Origin: a candidate division TM6 bacterium GW2011_GWF2_38_10
GTDB lineage: Bacteria; Babelota; Babeliae; Babelales; RVW-14
Length of the DNA: 64,000 nt
Reading direction: 5' to 3'
Assembly (NCBI GenBank): GCA_000992305.1
Contig: LBTY01000007.1
Span: 28,620-92,619, forward strand
Below the pieces are notes generated by a model. That model saw only the letters and a list, made by a program, of their open reading frames with translations. It was not told where the DNA came from and did not search any database. Both the position numbers and the translations under genes were made by a program. The number at the start of each line of letters is the position of its first letter. The first letter of the stretch is position 1. Shown one piece after another: positions 25,578 to 35,875 of the stretch.

Positions 25578-28500
25578 ACGGTTACTGCAATTTTAATCGC
25601 CTGACTGGCAAGCTGCTGCAAACTCTCTTTGGCGCAATCAACTTTAAATGCTGCTTGAAGTACTAACGTTTCTTGATTTTCCTCAAACAAAATTTCCAAC
25701 GGAACCTTACCATTTCCCAACGAAGTTCGCACATCCTTTAAAAAGTCGCCTTGCATTGCGGGGGGGAATGTCAGCCGCATGTGATACACATCTTTGTACT
25801 CTACAAACAAATGCTCAGCAGGAATTAACGCATTTGCTTTAATTTTGCATTTATTTTGACTGGTAATATCAACAGCCCCTTTAACAACAAAAACTGAAAA
25901 TTGATCTAACAACGCCTCCACTTTGGCAAAGGTTGTAGGAAACACAACAAGCTCATAACGACCCGTTGCATCTTCCATTTCAACAAACGCCATACGATCG
26001 CCCTTTTTGGTGGTAATAACCTTACAACTTTGCTTGAGTCCAACGCACGTTACAAAGGGCTCTTTTAATGACGTAACATTTTGAATTTTTTCAAGACATG
26101 TTGTTACCGTATCAACCTGTAGCCAAGCAAGCTGTGGATAACTTTGTAATGGATGTGAGCTAATATAAAAACCAACCACTTCTTTTTCTTTTTCAAGTTT
26201 TTGCTTATCTGACCAATCGTCAAGTGGTTGAAAAATAAATGAAGCATCATGCGCCCCTTTACCGGCGGAAGATAATGCACCAAAAAGTCCCATTTGCCCC
26301 GTCTTTGCCGATTCCTTTTCTTGAAGTGCAAGATCAATAATTTTATCAAGTTCGGCCGTTTTTTGAGCACGATTTCCCGAGAGACAATCAAACGCTCCCG
26401 CCGCAATTAAATTTTCAAGCACACGCTTATTCACCGTCCGCAAGTCAACACGCTTACAAAAATCTAAAAGGTCGATAAATGGTTTTTTGCTTCGCTCGGT
26501 AATAATTGCTTGCAAAGCCGTAGTCCCCACATTTTTAACCCCTTTAAGACCAAACAATATCGATTTTCCGCGAGAAGCAAATTCAATTTCTGATTCATTA
26601 ATATTGGGCGGTAACAATTCCAACCCCATTTCATGAATCGATTGTAAATAGTGCGTAAATTGTGCTGGGTTTTCGGTTTCATAAGAAATCAATGCCGCCA
26701 TAAATTCGTAAGGATAATGCGCCTTGAGATACGCGGTATGATAAGCTACCAGAGCATATGCGGTAGAATGCGACTTGTTAAAACCATAACCTGCAAAATA
26801 TGCCATAAGATCAAATAATTCACCCGCCTTCTTTTCATCAAAATGTAAAGAGGCCGCGCCTTTACAAAACAATGATTTTTGCTCAGCCATAACCTCAGCT
26901 TTTTTCTTACCCATAGCACGACGTAAAATATCGGCGCCGCCCAATGAATACCCACCAATGGCAGAAGCAATCTTCATAACCTGTTCTTGGTAAACAATAA
27001 CACCATAGGTCTCAGCCAAAACAGGTTCCAGTTCAGCAAACATGTAGGTCGTTTTTTTGCGCCCATGACGACGCTCAATATAGTCATCCACCATACCCGA
27101 GCCCAACGGTCCTGGACGATACAACGCGTTAACCGCAATTAAATCTTCAAATTTATCGGGCTGTAATTTACGTAAAACATCTTTAATGCCATCAGATTCA
27201 AATTGGAACACACCATCCGTCTCGCCACGGCACAATAATGCAAATGTTTTCGGATCATCAAGCGCCAACAAATCAAGGTCTATTTCGACATCATGATTTT
27301 TTTTAATAGTTGTTAACGCAGCCTGAATAATCGTTAAGTTCTTTAACCCCAAAAAATCCATCTTCAAAAAACCAAGTGCCTCCAAATCGGTCATCGTATA
27401 TTGCGATACAAGGTCACTTGTTTTAGGCGGAATATACAATGGCATGGTCGATGAAAGACGCGATGGAGAAATAACAACGCCAGCAGCATGTTTAGACGCA
27501 TGCCGCGTCAACCCTTCAAGCTTAAGACAAATATCGATAAGATGCTTAATCTTGGGATTTGTTTCTATCATTTGAGCAAGCCGCGGCTCTTGTTCAATAG
27601 CCTCATTAATCGTAATTTTTAACTGCTCTGGAATCAATTCGGTAATCGCATTAGCATCCTGAAACGGAAAACCCAATACACGAGCAACGTCCTTAATCAC
27701 GCCCTTTGCCATCATGGTACCAAACGTAATAATCTGGCACACACAATCATGCCCATATTTATCTTTAACGTAATTAATAACTTCTTCGCGACGCTCAATG
27801 CAAAAGTCAATATCTATATCAGGCATGCTTACACGTTCTGGATTCAAAAAACGCTCAAACAGCAAGTTATATTTTATTGGATCAACGTTGGTAATTTGCA
27901 TCGCCCACGCAACAAGCGACCCCGCAGCCGATCCGCGTCCAGGGCCAATAGGAATACCTTGCTTTTTGCCCCACTGAATAAAATCACTCACCACCAAGAA
28001 ATAGCCGATGTACCCCATGTTCGTAATCAGATCAATCTCAATCTTTAATCGCTCATCGTACACAGCATACAAATCAGCGGGAATAATGCCTCGTTGTTTT
28101 AAAAGCGTAAGCCCATCCCAACATAATTTTGCAAAAAATGACTCCTGGGTATGCTCCTCAGGAATAGGAAATTGAGGAAAAAATAATTTTCCAAACACAA
28201 ATTCAAATTCACACGAATCTGCAATTTTTCCTGTTTGCCAAACAACCTCTTGATGATCTTTAAAAATTTCAAGCATATCATCAGTTGTACGTAAATGCCC
28301 CTGAAAGTCCCCAAACGAAAAACGGTCAGGATTATCCAATGTATCTTTAGTTTGGATAGAAAGCAAAACCTCATGAGCCTCACGATCATCAGGCCTCAAA
28401 AAATGCGCATCACACGCCGCCGTACAATGTATTTCTAATTCCCGCGACAACGTAAGTAATCCATCATTAACAATAATCTGTTCCGGCATTTGCGGCGGAT

Positions 28501-29020
28501 GAAGCTCCAAAAAAAATCGATCCTGCCCAAAAAGGTCCTTAAACCATTGCGCTTGTTGACGAGCCGCATCCATTTTTTGTTCTAAAATAAGACTCGGAAT
28601 ATGCCCGCCAATACACGCAGATGTTGCAATAAGCCCCGCAGAATGCTTCTCAAGATGAGCATAGTCAATACGTGGTTTAAAATAAAAGCCCTCATTAAAG
28701 GAAAATGATATCAGCTCACATAAATTTCGATACCCCTCTTCATTTTGCACAATTAACAACAAATGATCATATTTATCATTAACATTTTTAACACGCACAT
28801 CAGGAGTACAGTACATTTCAATGCCAAGAATAGGCTTAATTTTTTCTTTTTTTGCCATCTGAAAAAATTTCACCGCACCAAAAATATTTCCATGATCCGA
28901 AATACCAACGGCTTTCCACTGCTGCTCTTTTGCCATTGCAAGCAATTTATTGATACGAACAGCGCCATCAAGCAATGAAAATTCAGTATGAAGGTGCAAA
29001 TGAACAAAATGTTTATTCAT
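25574..29020 (-). CDS. dnaE: DNA polymerase III alpha subunit
   Basis: 1148 aa. PHP domain start FVHLHLHTEFSLLDGA. Also PDIDIDF, GLLKMDFLGL, ALYRPGP and FNKSHSTAYA. Confidence 0.95.
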   Translation of the reverse strand: MNKHFVHLHLHTEFSLLDGAVRINKLLAMAKEQQWKAVGISDHGNIFGAVKFFQMAKKEKIKPILGIEMYCTPDVRVKNVNDKYDHLLLIVQNEEGYRNLCELISFSFNEGFYFKPRIDYAHLEKHSAGLIATSACIGGHIPSLILEQKMDAARQQAQWFKDLFGQDRFFLELHPPQMPEQIIVNDGLLTLSRELEIHCTAACDAHFLRPDDREAHEVLLSIQTKDTLDNPDRFSFGDFQGHLRTTDDMLEIFKDHQEVVWQTGKIADSCEFEFVFGKLFFPQFPIPEEHTQESFFAKLCWDGLTLLKQRGIIPADLYAVYDERLKIEIDLITNMGYIGYFLVVSDFIQWGKKQGIPIGPGRGSAAGSLVAWAMQITNVDPIKYNLLFERFLNPERVSMPDIDIDFCIERREEVINYVKDKYGHDCVCQIITFGTMMAKGVIKDVARVLGFPFQDANAITELIPEQLKITINEAIEQEPRLAQMIETNPKIKHLIDICLKLEGLTRHASKHAAGVVISPSRLSSTMPLYIPPKTSDLVSQYTMTDLEALGFLKMDFLGLKNLTIIQAALTTIKKNHDVEIDLDLLALDDPKTFALLCRGETDGVFQFESDGIKDVLRKLQPDKFEDLIAVNALYRPGPLGSGMVDDYIERRHGRKKTTYMFAELEPVLAETYGVIVYQEQVMKIASAIGGYSLGGADILRRAMGKKKAEVMAEQKSLFCKGAASLHFDEKKAGELFDLMAYFAGYGFNKSHSTAYALVAYHTAYLKAHYPYEFMAALISYETENPAQFTHYLQSIHEMGLELLPPNINESEIEFASRGKSILFGLKGVKNVGTTALQAIITERSKKPFIDLLDFCKRVDLRTVNKRVLENLIAAGAFDCLSGNRAQKTAELDKIIDLALQEKESAKTGQMGLFGALSSAGKGAHDASFIFQPLDDWSDKQKLEKEKEVVGFYISSHPLQSYPQLAWLQVDTVTTCLEKIQNVTSLKEPFVTCVGLKQSCKVITTKKGDRMAFVEMEDATGRYELVVFPTTFAKVEALLDQFSVFVVKGAVDITSQNKCKIKANALIPAEHLFVEYKDVYHMRLTFPPAMQGDFLKDVRTSLGNGKVPLEILFEENQETLVLQAAFKVDCAKESLQQLASQAIKIAVTV

Positions 29021-29251
29021 AGTAGTTTTTTCTCACGACAAAAAAATTGAACTTAACCGGGGTAAGTCTAACGTGATTTTTACAAAAGTACAACGACGAT
29101 AATTTTTGAACATTCATCCGCCTAACAAATTATAAAATAAACAAAAAGGTTGTGTGATCTCTCAATATAGTTATACTGCTTCGTACCCGCTCATATAAAA
29201 AAAGTATTGGTTTGTAGAACACGTGGTGTTTGTTTAAGAGGGGAACAACGT

Positions 29252-31176
29252 ATGAATACACCCAAAATACATGTGTTATTTCAACGCATAAAAGACCTTG
29301 GCTTTTCTGGCTTATTAACCTGGGGATCAACTAAGTATTTGCGTTATGCCATAAAAACTCGTTATAAAAAAAAGGCACTCGCCAAAAGAGCAAACCATCA
29401 ATGGTTGACCATTGCAAAGCGACACAAACGAGATGAATCGTTTGCCCAGTTTTTTGCCCTTCTAAAAACAAATCGTGTGTTTGAAAAAATGCTTAACTCA
29501 AATACGTTCTGCACGCATATACCCACCAGCTATCTTAAAGACCCTAATCTTTTTGGACAAGCGGACGCGTATGTCAACAACACCTTTTCTGTATTAGGAT
29601 CCCCAAACGTTAAATTCAATGAAAAAATCAATTGGCATGTTGATATCAAACTCCCTAAAGAAAAATGGGGAACCGAATACTGGAACCAACCACCACTTCG
29701 CTTTTATCAAGAAATCAAGGCTCAACAAATCTCTGAACCCACTTCAACCTATAACCCCGACATCAAGGTTCCATGGGAACTCTCTCGCATGCAACACCTG
29801 TTTGTACTCGGCTTGGCTTATAAACGCGCTATGGAAATTGAAGACTTTGTACTAGCAAGCCGCTACAGCAGTACATTTGTAACACACATCGACCATTGGA
29901 TTACCTACAATCCATTTCTCCTTGGTGTTAATTGGGTTTGTCCAATGGAAGTTGCAATTAGAGCAATCAACCTTATAGTTTCTCTCCAATTTTTTAAAGA
30001 GTGCACAAGTATTCCCGTTGCATTTTGGGAAAAACTCGTTTGTTCCCTCTATGACCACGCCTATTACCTAGAATACAACCCAGAAACTTCAGACCGTCCA
30101 AATAACCACTACATTTTAAAATCATTCATGAATATAACGAAAAGCAGACATCAACACTAGCCGAACTCTGGCGACAAATGAACAAGCAAATCAACCCAGA
30201 CGGCAGCAGTTACGAGGGATCAACAAACTACCACAAACTCGTAACCGAAATGTTTGAGCACGTCATTCTACTCTGTACCATTCAAGAAATACCCGTACCT
30301 CAAAAAAATATCAACCTTTTGCACATGATGAAAACATTTTTGCAGGATTGCACCGACATCGGCGGCAATTTAACGCAAATTGGCGATAATGATAGTGGTA
30401 AATGCATTACAGGCTATACTATTACACCAAGCCGATCTCCAAAATTATTGCAATATCGCTGGGCCGGTATCAGTATTATTAACACGCACGGGTGGCACTG
30501 CACCTTTAGACATCCCACCTTTTTTTCGTATCAACCAAGTGGTCATTTTCATCATGATGAGCTTGCCTTAACACTGTCACTCGACGGCAGACCACTGCTT
30601 GTCGATTCTGGAACCTTTTTATACACGAGCAATATATCACAACGCAATGCATTTAAAAGTGCGCATGCACACACAACCTATTACATTCCAGAACTCGAGC
30701 CAAGAAGCTCTATAGATCTCTTTCAGACAAAACGCTCGCACACAAATCATGACGCGATGATAGAAATTAAAGATAAGAACATTGTCATTCAAGATTACCA
30801 CAAAAAATATGAATCTTACGGAATTAAGGCGCACAGACGATTACTTTTTGACACCTACAAAGAAATATTTGAAATTCAAGACTGGCTGGAGCCATCAACA
30901 CAAAAAACCCAAATTAAATCAACTCATGAACAACATAACCTTGTATGGAATATGCATTGGGCCCCAGACATTGAACTTATTCAAAACGACGATCACGCAT
31001 GGATAATTACAAAAAAAACCAAACCTATAGCCCATCTAACCACAACCCTTTCGTTTGACTGCCAGGAAACACATATCAGCCCAGCATATGGAGCATTGGA
31101 AGCAACAAAGACCTTATCAGCGCAACAACCTGCAATACCAACAAAAGTCTATTGTACAAAAATTAGACGGTTTTAA
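29252..31176 (+). pseudogene. heparinase II/III-like (polysaccharide lyase family) gene split by a frameshift/deletion
   Basis: Two ORFs in different frames (29207/29252-30160 and 30178-31176). The first carries the N-terminal domain pattern (WELSRMQHLFVLGLAY...WITYNP...VNWVCPMEVAIRAINL...PNNHY). The second carries NPDGSSYEGSTNYH and GHFHHDELALTLSLDGRPLLVDSGTFLY...SAHAH. The NNH-to-DG spacing looks shortened. Confidence 0.7.
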
Positions 31177-31178
31177 TC

Positions 31179-31730
31179 TTAACATAAACTCAAAAGTGGT
31201 GCGGCATTCACCAACAGCTCTTTTTTACGAGCAACTGCTGGCTGATGATCTTCAAACAACAAAATACCTTGATTACTGTGACGCATTCCCCAGGTAATAA
31301 ATGATGGATTTTTAAGACCAAGCTTTTCTGCAAGCTCCAAAAGATCATCCGGATTGTGCGTATCAATGCACATATTCCCTACGCATTTATTTTGAGAAAA
31401 TTCTTTTACTTTGTTATGAAAATCTGCATTTTTCATATCATGACAAAAGCAATGTGGCTCGTCCCACACATCATGCTTATGTAATTCACACTCATGATGA
31501 TCAAATCCTGCAACCCCTTTAAGACAATCAAAATCAGGGTTATTAACTAAATAAACAGCTTTTTGTAAAGAAAAATGGGCATCATGTCCAAGATCATGCA
31601 ACACCATTGGCGACAAATCTTCAACATCATGATGGCGCAAGATTTTGTTTGGTAGTTGTAAAATTTTTTGTAAAAGAACAAGACCATTATCAGAATCGCC
31701 TCCAAATACTACTTTTTTTGCTTCATCCAT
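31179..31730 (-). CDS. hypothetical His/Cys-rich protein
   Basis: The best start is ATG 31730 with SD aaggag (the track ORF extends to 31814). The sequence contains HHDVEDLSPMVLHDLGHDAHF and FDHHECELHKHDVWDEPHCFCHDMKNADFH. No family recognised. Confidence 0.5.
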   Translation of the reverse strand: MDEAKKVVFGGDSDNGLVLLQKILQLPNKILRHHDVEDLSPMVLHDLGHDAHFSLQKAVYLVNNPDFDCLKGVAGFDHHECELHKHDVWDEPHCFCHDMKNADFHNKVKEFSQNKCVGNMCIDTHNPDDLLELAEKLGLKNPSFITWGMRHSNQGILLFEDHQPAVARKKELLVNAAPLLSLC

Positions 31731-31913
31731 TGCCTTCTCCTTTTTTATCTCGGCAACATATTCAGATAACTCACTATTGCTTTTAAGTATTGCTTTTTTT
31801 CTTAAGAGAAACAAGGATTAACAAAAATACGACCTTTTTTATCGGAAATTAAAGGATAGTTTTGATCATTCAATTAGATTTTAAAAAATACAGCATCTTC
31901 CTATTGCACGCCG

Positions 31914-33474
31914 TTACGCCTTCTGGGTAAGCCATTTTAACGAAACACTCTTGCCCTTGGTAAAATAAAAGCTAATGCCAACATGCACCACAGGCTTACC
32001 ACTTTGAGCAACATACTTAAAGGAATAATTATTCTTTTTAATTTGCTCCAGCGCCGCCATTGGATTACGGTCCTTTTTAAACTCAACCACATACACGTGA
32101 TGTGGCGTAGTGATAACCCCATCAATAAAACCAAGATCAGTAGCATCTTCAACAAACATCTGCACACCCAATAACTTGCAAATCATAAAAAAATTTGCCT
32201 GGTAGCACTTTTCGCGATTCACAATCACATTGTGCGGAATCAAACGCATAAAAGTTTGCATATGTGTCAAAAACGTATCAAGATCGCCCGCAAGCAACGC
32301 ACGACGAAACTTGCTCAAGCTCCAGCATGATCTGCTCCGTACACGAGCGGCGAACTTCTTCGTTGGGATAATGCAGGCTATACATCGTTGCAAAATCGTC
32401 GTATTCCTTGATAGTTAAATATCCCGTCTGTAAAAACAACACCAGTAAATTATCATACAACCGCGCAATATTAAAACTTTGAATCGACGAAGAAGAAATT
32501 CGTTGCAATTCAAGCGTAAGCAACTGCTCTTTGAGCTCATTGCGTTTTTCTTCGGGCGCATCAGTGAGCGCGCTCAACATAAATTTAGGCGTGCCGCTTG
32601 AAAACCAATAATTTTCAAACGATTGAGCCTTAAAACAATTGGAAATCGAAAAAGGATTGTAGACTTTTTCGCCTTGATTTGAAAACTTAAACCCATTGTA
32701 CCATCGCTTAAGCTCCACAAGCACCTGCTCATGCGTCCAGCCCTTTGCCTGTGCCAGCGCATTAATATGTTCCTTAAAATTTGCTTCCAGTTCTTGCTGG
32801 GTGTAACCACACATTATTGCAAAAGACTCACGCATTGAAAGATCTTCCAAATTATTCAACTCAGAAAAAAGTGAAACCTTAGAAAATCTACTCACGCCGG
32901 TGATAAACAAAAAGCGCATGCAACTACTTACATTATTTCCTTTAAAAACACCATACAAACTGCGCATGAGTTTTTGCATTTGCTCAACCATCTCTTTATC
33001 ATCAATGTGATCTAAAATAGGCTTATCATATTCATCAATAATCACCGCAACTGGACCATGTTTTTCATAAAGTTTTATAATCAATTGTGCTAAACAAGCA
33101 CCAGGAGTCATTGTTTGATCAATGCTGACACTATATTTTTGTGCACAATTATATAAATTAATTTTTATATTATCGATCAACTCTTTGTCAGTTTTATGTT
33201 CAATCTCTGCAAAACTCATATGAATAACCGGATATTCTTTCCAATCATACTCCATGCTGCTAATTGCAAGGCCCGCAAATAATTCTTTTTTCCCCAAAAA
33301 AATTGCTTCTAAGGTAGAACACGTCAACGATTTACCAAACCGGCGGGGACGTGATAAAAAAAATGCAACGTAATTTTTAACAAGTTTACAAAGATGGGCT
33401 GTTTTATCAACATACGCACACCCCTGTTTGATTAACAATTCAAAACTCGAAATCGACACGGCAAGTTTTTTCAT
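31914..33474 (-). pseudogene. predicted AAA-ATPase (PF09820-like) + PD-(D/E)XK nuclease (PF08011-like) gene interrupted by a 1-nt frameshift
   Basis: ORF 32278-33474 (SSFELLIKQGCAYVDKTAHL...FFLSRPRRFGKSL) and ORF 31914-32393 (ALLAGDLDTFL...EDATDLGFIDGVITTPHHVYVVEFKK) overlap by 116 nt in adjacent frames. Together they form the usual single roughly 520-aa protein. Confidence 0.75.
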
Positions 33475-33635
33475 CGCATTCCTTTTGCATTATGATTATC
33501 ACTATTTTACCACCTCTGAGGCTAGCCGAAAATGAGTATACCACAGACAAAGTAAAAACAAAATTCCGCACGCAGCAATCCCCATATTACTTACCCCTTA
33601 AATCCCTCTATACCTGTGATCAAATATCAACAAAC

Positions 33636-33667
33636 AAAAAGCCCGCGATGAACTTCGCGGGCTTTTT
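33636..33667 (-). terminator. terminator after trpS (symmetrical, A-run/T-run on both sides)
   Basis: 8-bp GC-rich stem, gcccgcga (33641-33648) with tcgcgggc (33655-33662), flanked by aaaaa and ttttt. Confidence 0.75.
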
Positions 33668-33675
33668 GTTAACAA

Positions 33676-34680
33676 CTAAAAATAAGAAATTTTCATAGCG
33701 CGGCGCACCGCATCCATAGTTAATGATGCTTTTTGCCGTGCTTCATGCGTACCTTTTTTTAGTAATGCCAATACATCACCCTTTGATGAAGCATACTGCG
33801 CTCGACGATCACGAATAGGTTGCAATACCACCTGCATAATATCATTAAGATAACGCTTAACGGTAATATCCCCAAGACCACCACGTTGATAATGAGCTTT
33901 TAACTCAGCAACTTTTTGCTTATCTGGATCAAACACATCAAGATACGTAAAGACCATATTACCTTCAATACGCCCTGGATCTTGAACACGGATATGCCCA
34001 GGATCTGTGTACATGCTCATAATTTTTTTAGTAACCGTATCAGCATCATCAGATAAATAAATCGCATTACCCAACGATTTTCCCATTTTAGCTTTTCCAT
34101 CTATCCCTGGTAATCGCCCAGCATCCTGCGGTACCAAGGCCTGTGGTTCAATCAATGTGTTCCCATACAAACGATTAAATGTGCGCACAATTTCTATGGT
34201 TTGCTCGATAACAGGAACCTGATCTTGCCCAACAGGAACAAGATTGGCCTGAAAAGCCGTAATATCAGCCGCTTGGCTTACCGGATAACACAAAAATCCT
34301 GCGGGAATAGAAGCCCCAAAACCTTTTTGCTGAATTTCATCTTTAACCGTTGGATTACGTTGTAATCGAGCAACCGTTACTAAATTAAGATAAAAAATAG
34401 TTAATTCAGCAATTTCAGGAATACATGACTGAATAAAAATCGTTGTAAGAGTGGGATCAATACCAACAGCCAAATAATCCAAAGCAACCTGCTCAATATT
34501 ATTGCGTACCTTATCTGGATTTTCAGCATTATCGGTAAGCGCCTGCACATCAGCAATCATAACATATTGCTGATAGGTGTGCTGCAACGCTACTCTATTT
34601 TTTAATGATCCAACATAATGACCAATATGAAGGGGACCGGTTGGCCGATCCCCTGTTAAAATAATTTTCTTACTATCCAT
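33676..34680 (-). CDS. trpS: tryptophanyl-tRNA synthetase
   Basis: [26 protein letters not shown] (HIGH), KMGKSLGN (KMSKS), and GQDQ. The start is the ATG at 34680; the track ORF is 17 codons longer. Confidence 0.93.
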   Translation of the reverse strand: MDSKKIILTGDRPTGPLHIGHYVGSLKNRVALQHTYQQYVMIADVQALTDNAENPDKVRNNIEQVALDYLAVGIDPTLTTIFIQSCIPEIAELTIFYLNLVTVARLQRNPTVKDEIQQKGFGASIPAGFLCYPVSQAADITAFQANLVPVGQDQVPVIEQTIEIVRTFNRLYGNTLIEPQALVPQDAGRLPGIDGKAKMGKSLGNAIYLSDDADTVTKKIMSMYTDPGHIRVQDPGRIEGNMVFTYLDVFDPDKQKVAELKAHYQRGGLGDITVKRYLNDIMQVVLQPIRDRRAQYASSKGDVLALLKKGTHEARQKASLTMDAVRRAMKISYF

Positions 34681-34778
34681 AATAACATCCCTTTGAAAAA
34701 TCCATATACAAACACCAGCATCATATGGCAATCAGTATACCGCATGTTTTTTTTTTCAAAAGAACCTAACAATCTTTA

Positions 34779-35657
34779 TTATATTCCAAGCACCTTCTTT
34801 GCACCCTTTTTGACGCTTTCAATAATTTTTGCCTTTTCCTCCTCAATCTGCTGTTTCAAAAGTTCCTCTTTATAGCGCGCAAATTTTTCTTCACTTTCTT
34901 TGTGCATATCCTTAAGCATCTTTACATCATCACGCACAACTTTATCGCCACGTTTTTTTGCAAGCACATTCTTCATAGCTTGTTTTTTTTCATGGTCAAT
35001 GTTATTATTCGCTTGGTCATTTTGCGTATGAGACGGAGATCGTGATGATGCATCTGCACCACCGTTGGGTAACATATCTCTTAAAACATTATTCGCTTCG
35101 GCCTGCTCAAGAACATTGTTCAACATATCAAAAAAGCCATCCTCCTCAGCTGGAGTAAGTGGTGTCATATCGCGCCTAGTATCATGTGCACTTTTGTTAT
35201 CTTTTGAATCTTTTTTTTCAATAACCGTATGATTTGCTGGCGATACAACACGTTCTTTTGGCACTTCTAATACTTTTGACGTTGACTCATCTTTTTTCCT
35301 CTTTAACTCATTAAGCTCTTTTTCTTGTTTTTGAGCATTAGCCAAAGCCTTATCAAGTGCTTCTTGAGCGTGCATCATATCGTCAGAAGAATTTCCTGTT
35401 ATTGAAGATTGTTGCATTTTTTTTATATCATTACTTAATTTATTAGCCAATTTCATCGTTTTGGCAAGCTCTACTTCAAGCGCTTCCCGACGTTCCCGTT
35501 CAGCTATAACTTCAAGCTGCTCAGGAGTTGGTCCACGCTGCTTAAAAAACACTAAGTAAATTGCGCAAACCAAACAACTTCCTATAATCGCTGCAATAAT
35601 AATGTTTCGTTTATGTAAAAAAATCGTCTTTTTTCCTATTTTTTTATTATTATCCAT
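34779..35657 (-). CDS. hypothetical membrane-anchored coiled-coil protein
   Basis: 292 aa with a strong SD (aggagg). One N-terminal TM segment IIIAAIIGSCLVCAIYLVFF, then a charged helical region. Confidence 0.6.
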   Translation of the reverse strand: MDNNKKIGKKTIFLHKRNIIIAAIIGSCLVCAIYLVFFKQRGPTPEQLEVIAERERREALEVELAKTMKLANKLSNDIKKMQQSSITGNSSDDMMHAQEALDKALANAQKQEKELNELKRKKDESTSKVLEVPKERVVSPANHTVIEKKDSKDNKSAHDTRRDMTPLTPAEEDGFFDMLNNVLEQAEANNVLRDMLPNGGADASSRSPSHTQNDQANNNIDHEKKQAMKNVLAKKRGDKVVRDDVKMLKDMHKESEEKFARYKEELLKQQIEEEKAKIIESVKKGAKKVLGI

Positions 35658-35875
35658 AATTTATCGCCTCCTTACCAAGCATTTTACTGAGAATAATGCA
35701 TTTTCTATCAGAATAACATATATAAGATTATTTTCAAGTTTTATTCATAATTGAAAATAATTATTTTATAATCGACAAAATAATTGATTTATGCGACAAC
35801 TTTGTACAAAACAACCGATTATGTTAGCATACTCAAAATTACGCGACTATTGCGTGATTAAATAAAGGATTTTTT

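Noticed and set aside
26133-26141. Perfect DnaA box TGTGGATAA
   Set aside because: It is a single isolated site inside the dnaE coding sequence, 17 kb from dnaA. It is not part of a cluster or an AT-rich intergenic region, so it is not evidence for oriC.
33492-33698. 68-aa plus-strand ORF in the gap upstream of the AAA-ATPase pseudogene
   Set aside because: It runs through the trpS terminator hairpin and into the 3' end of trpS. It has no SD and a low-complexity sequence.
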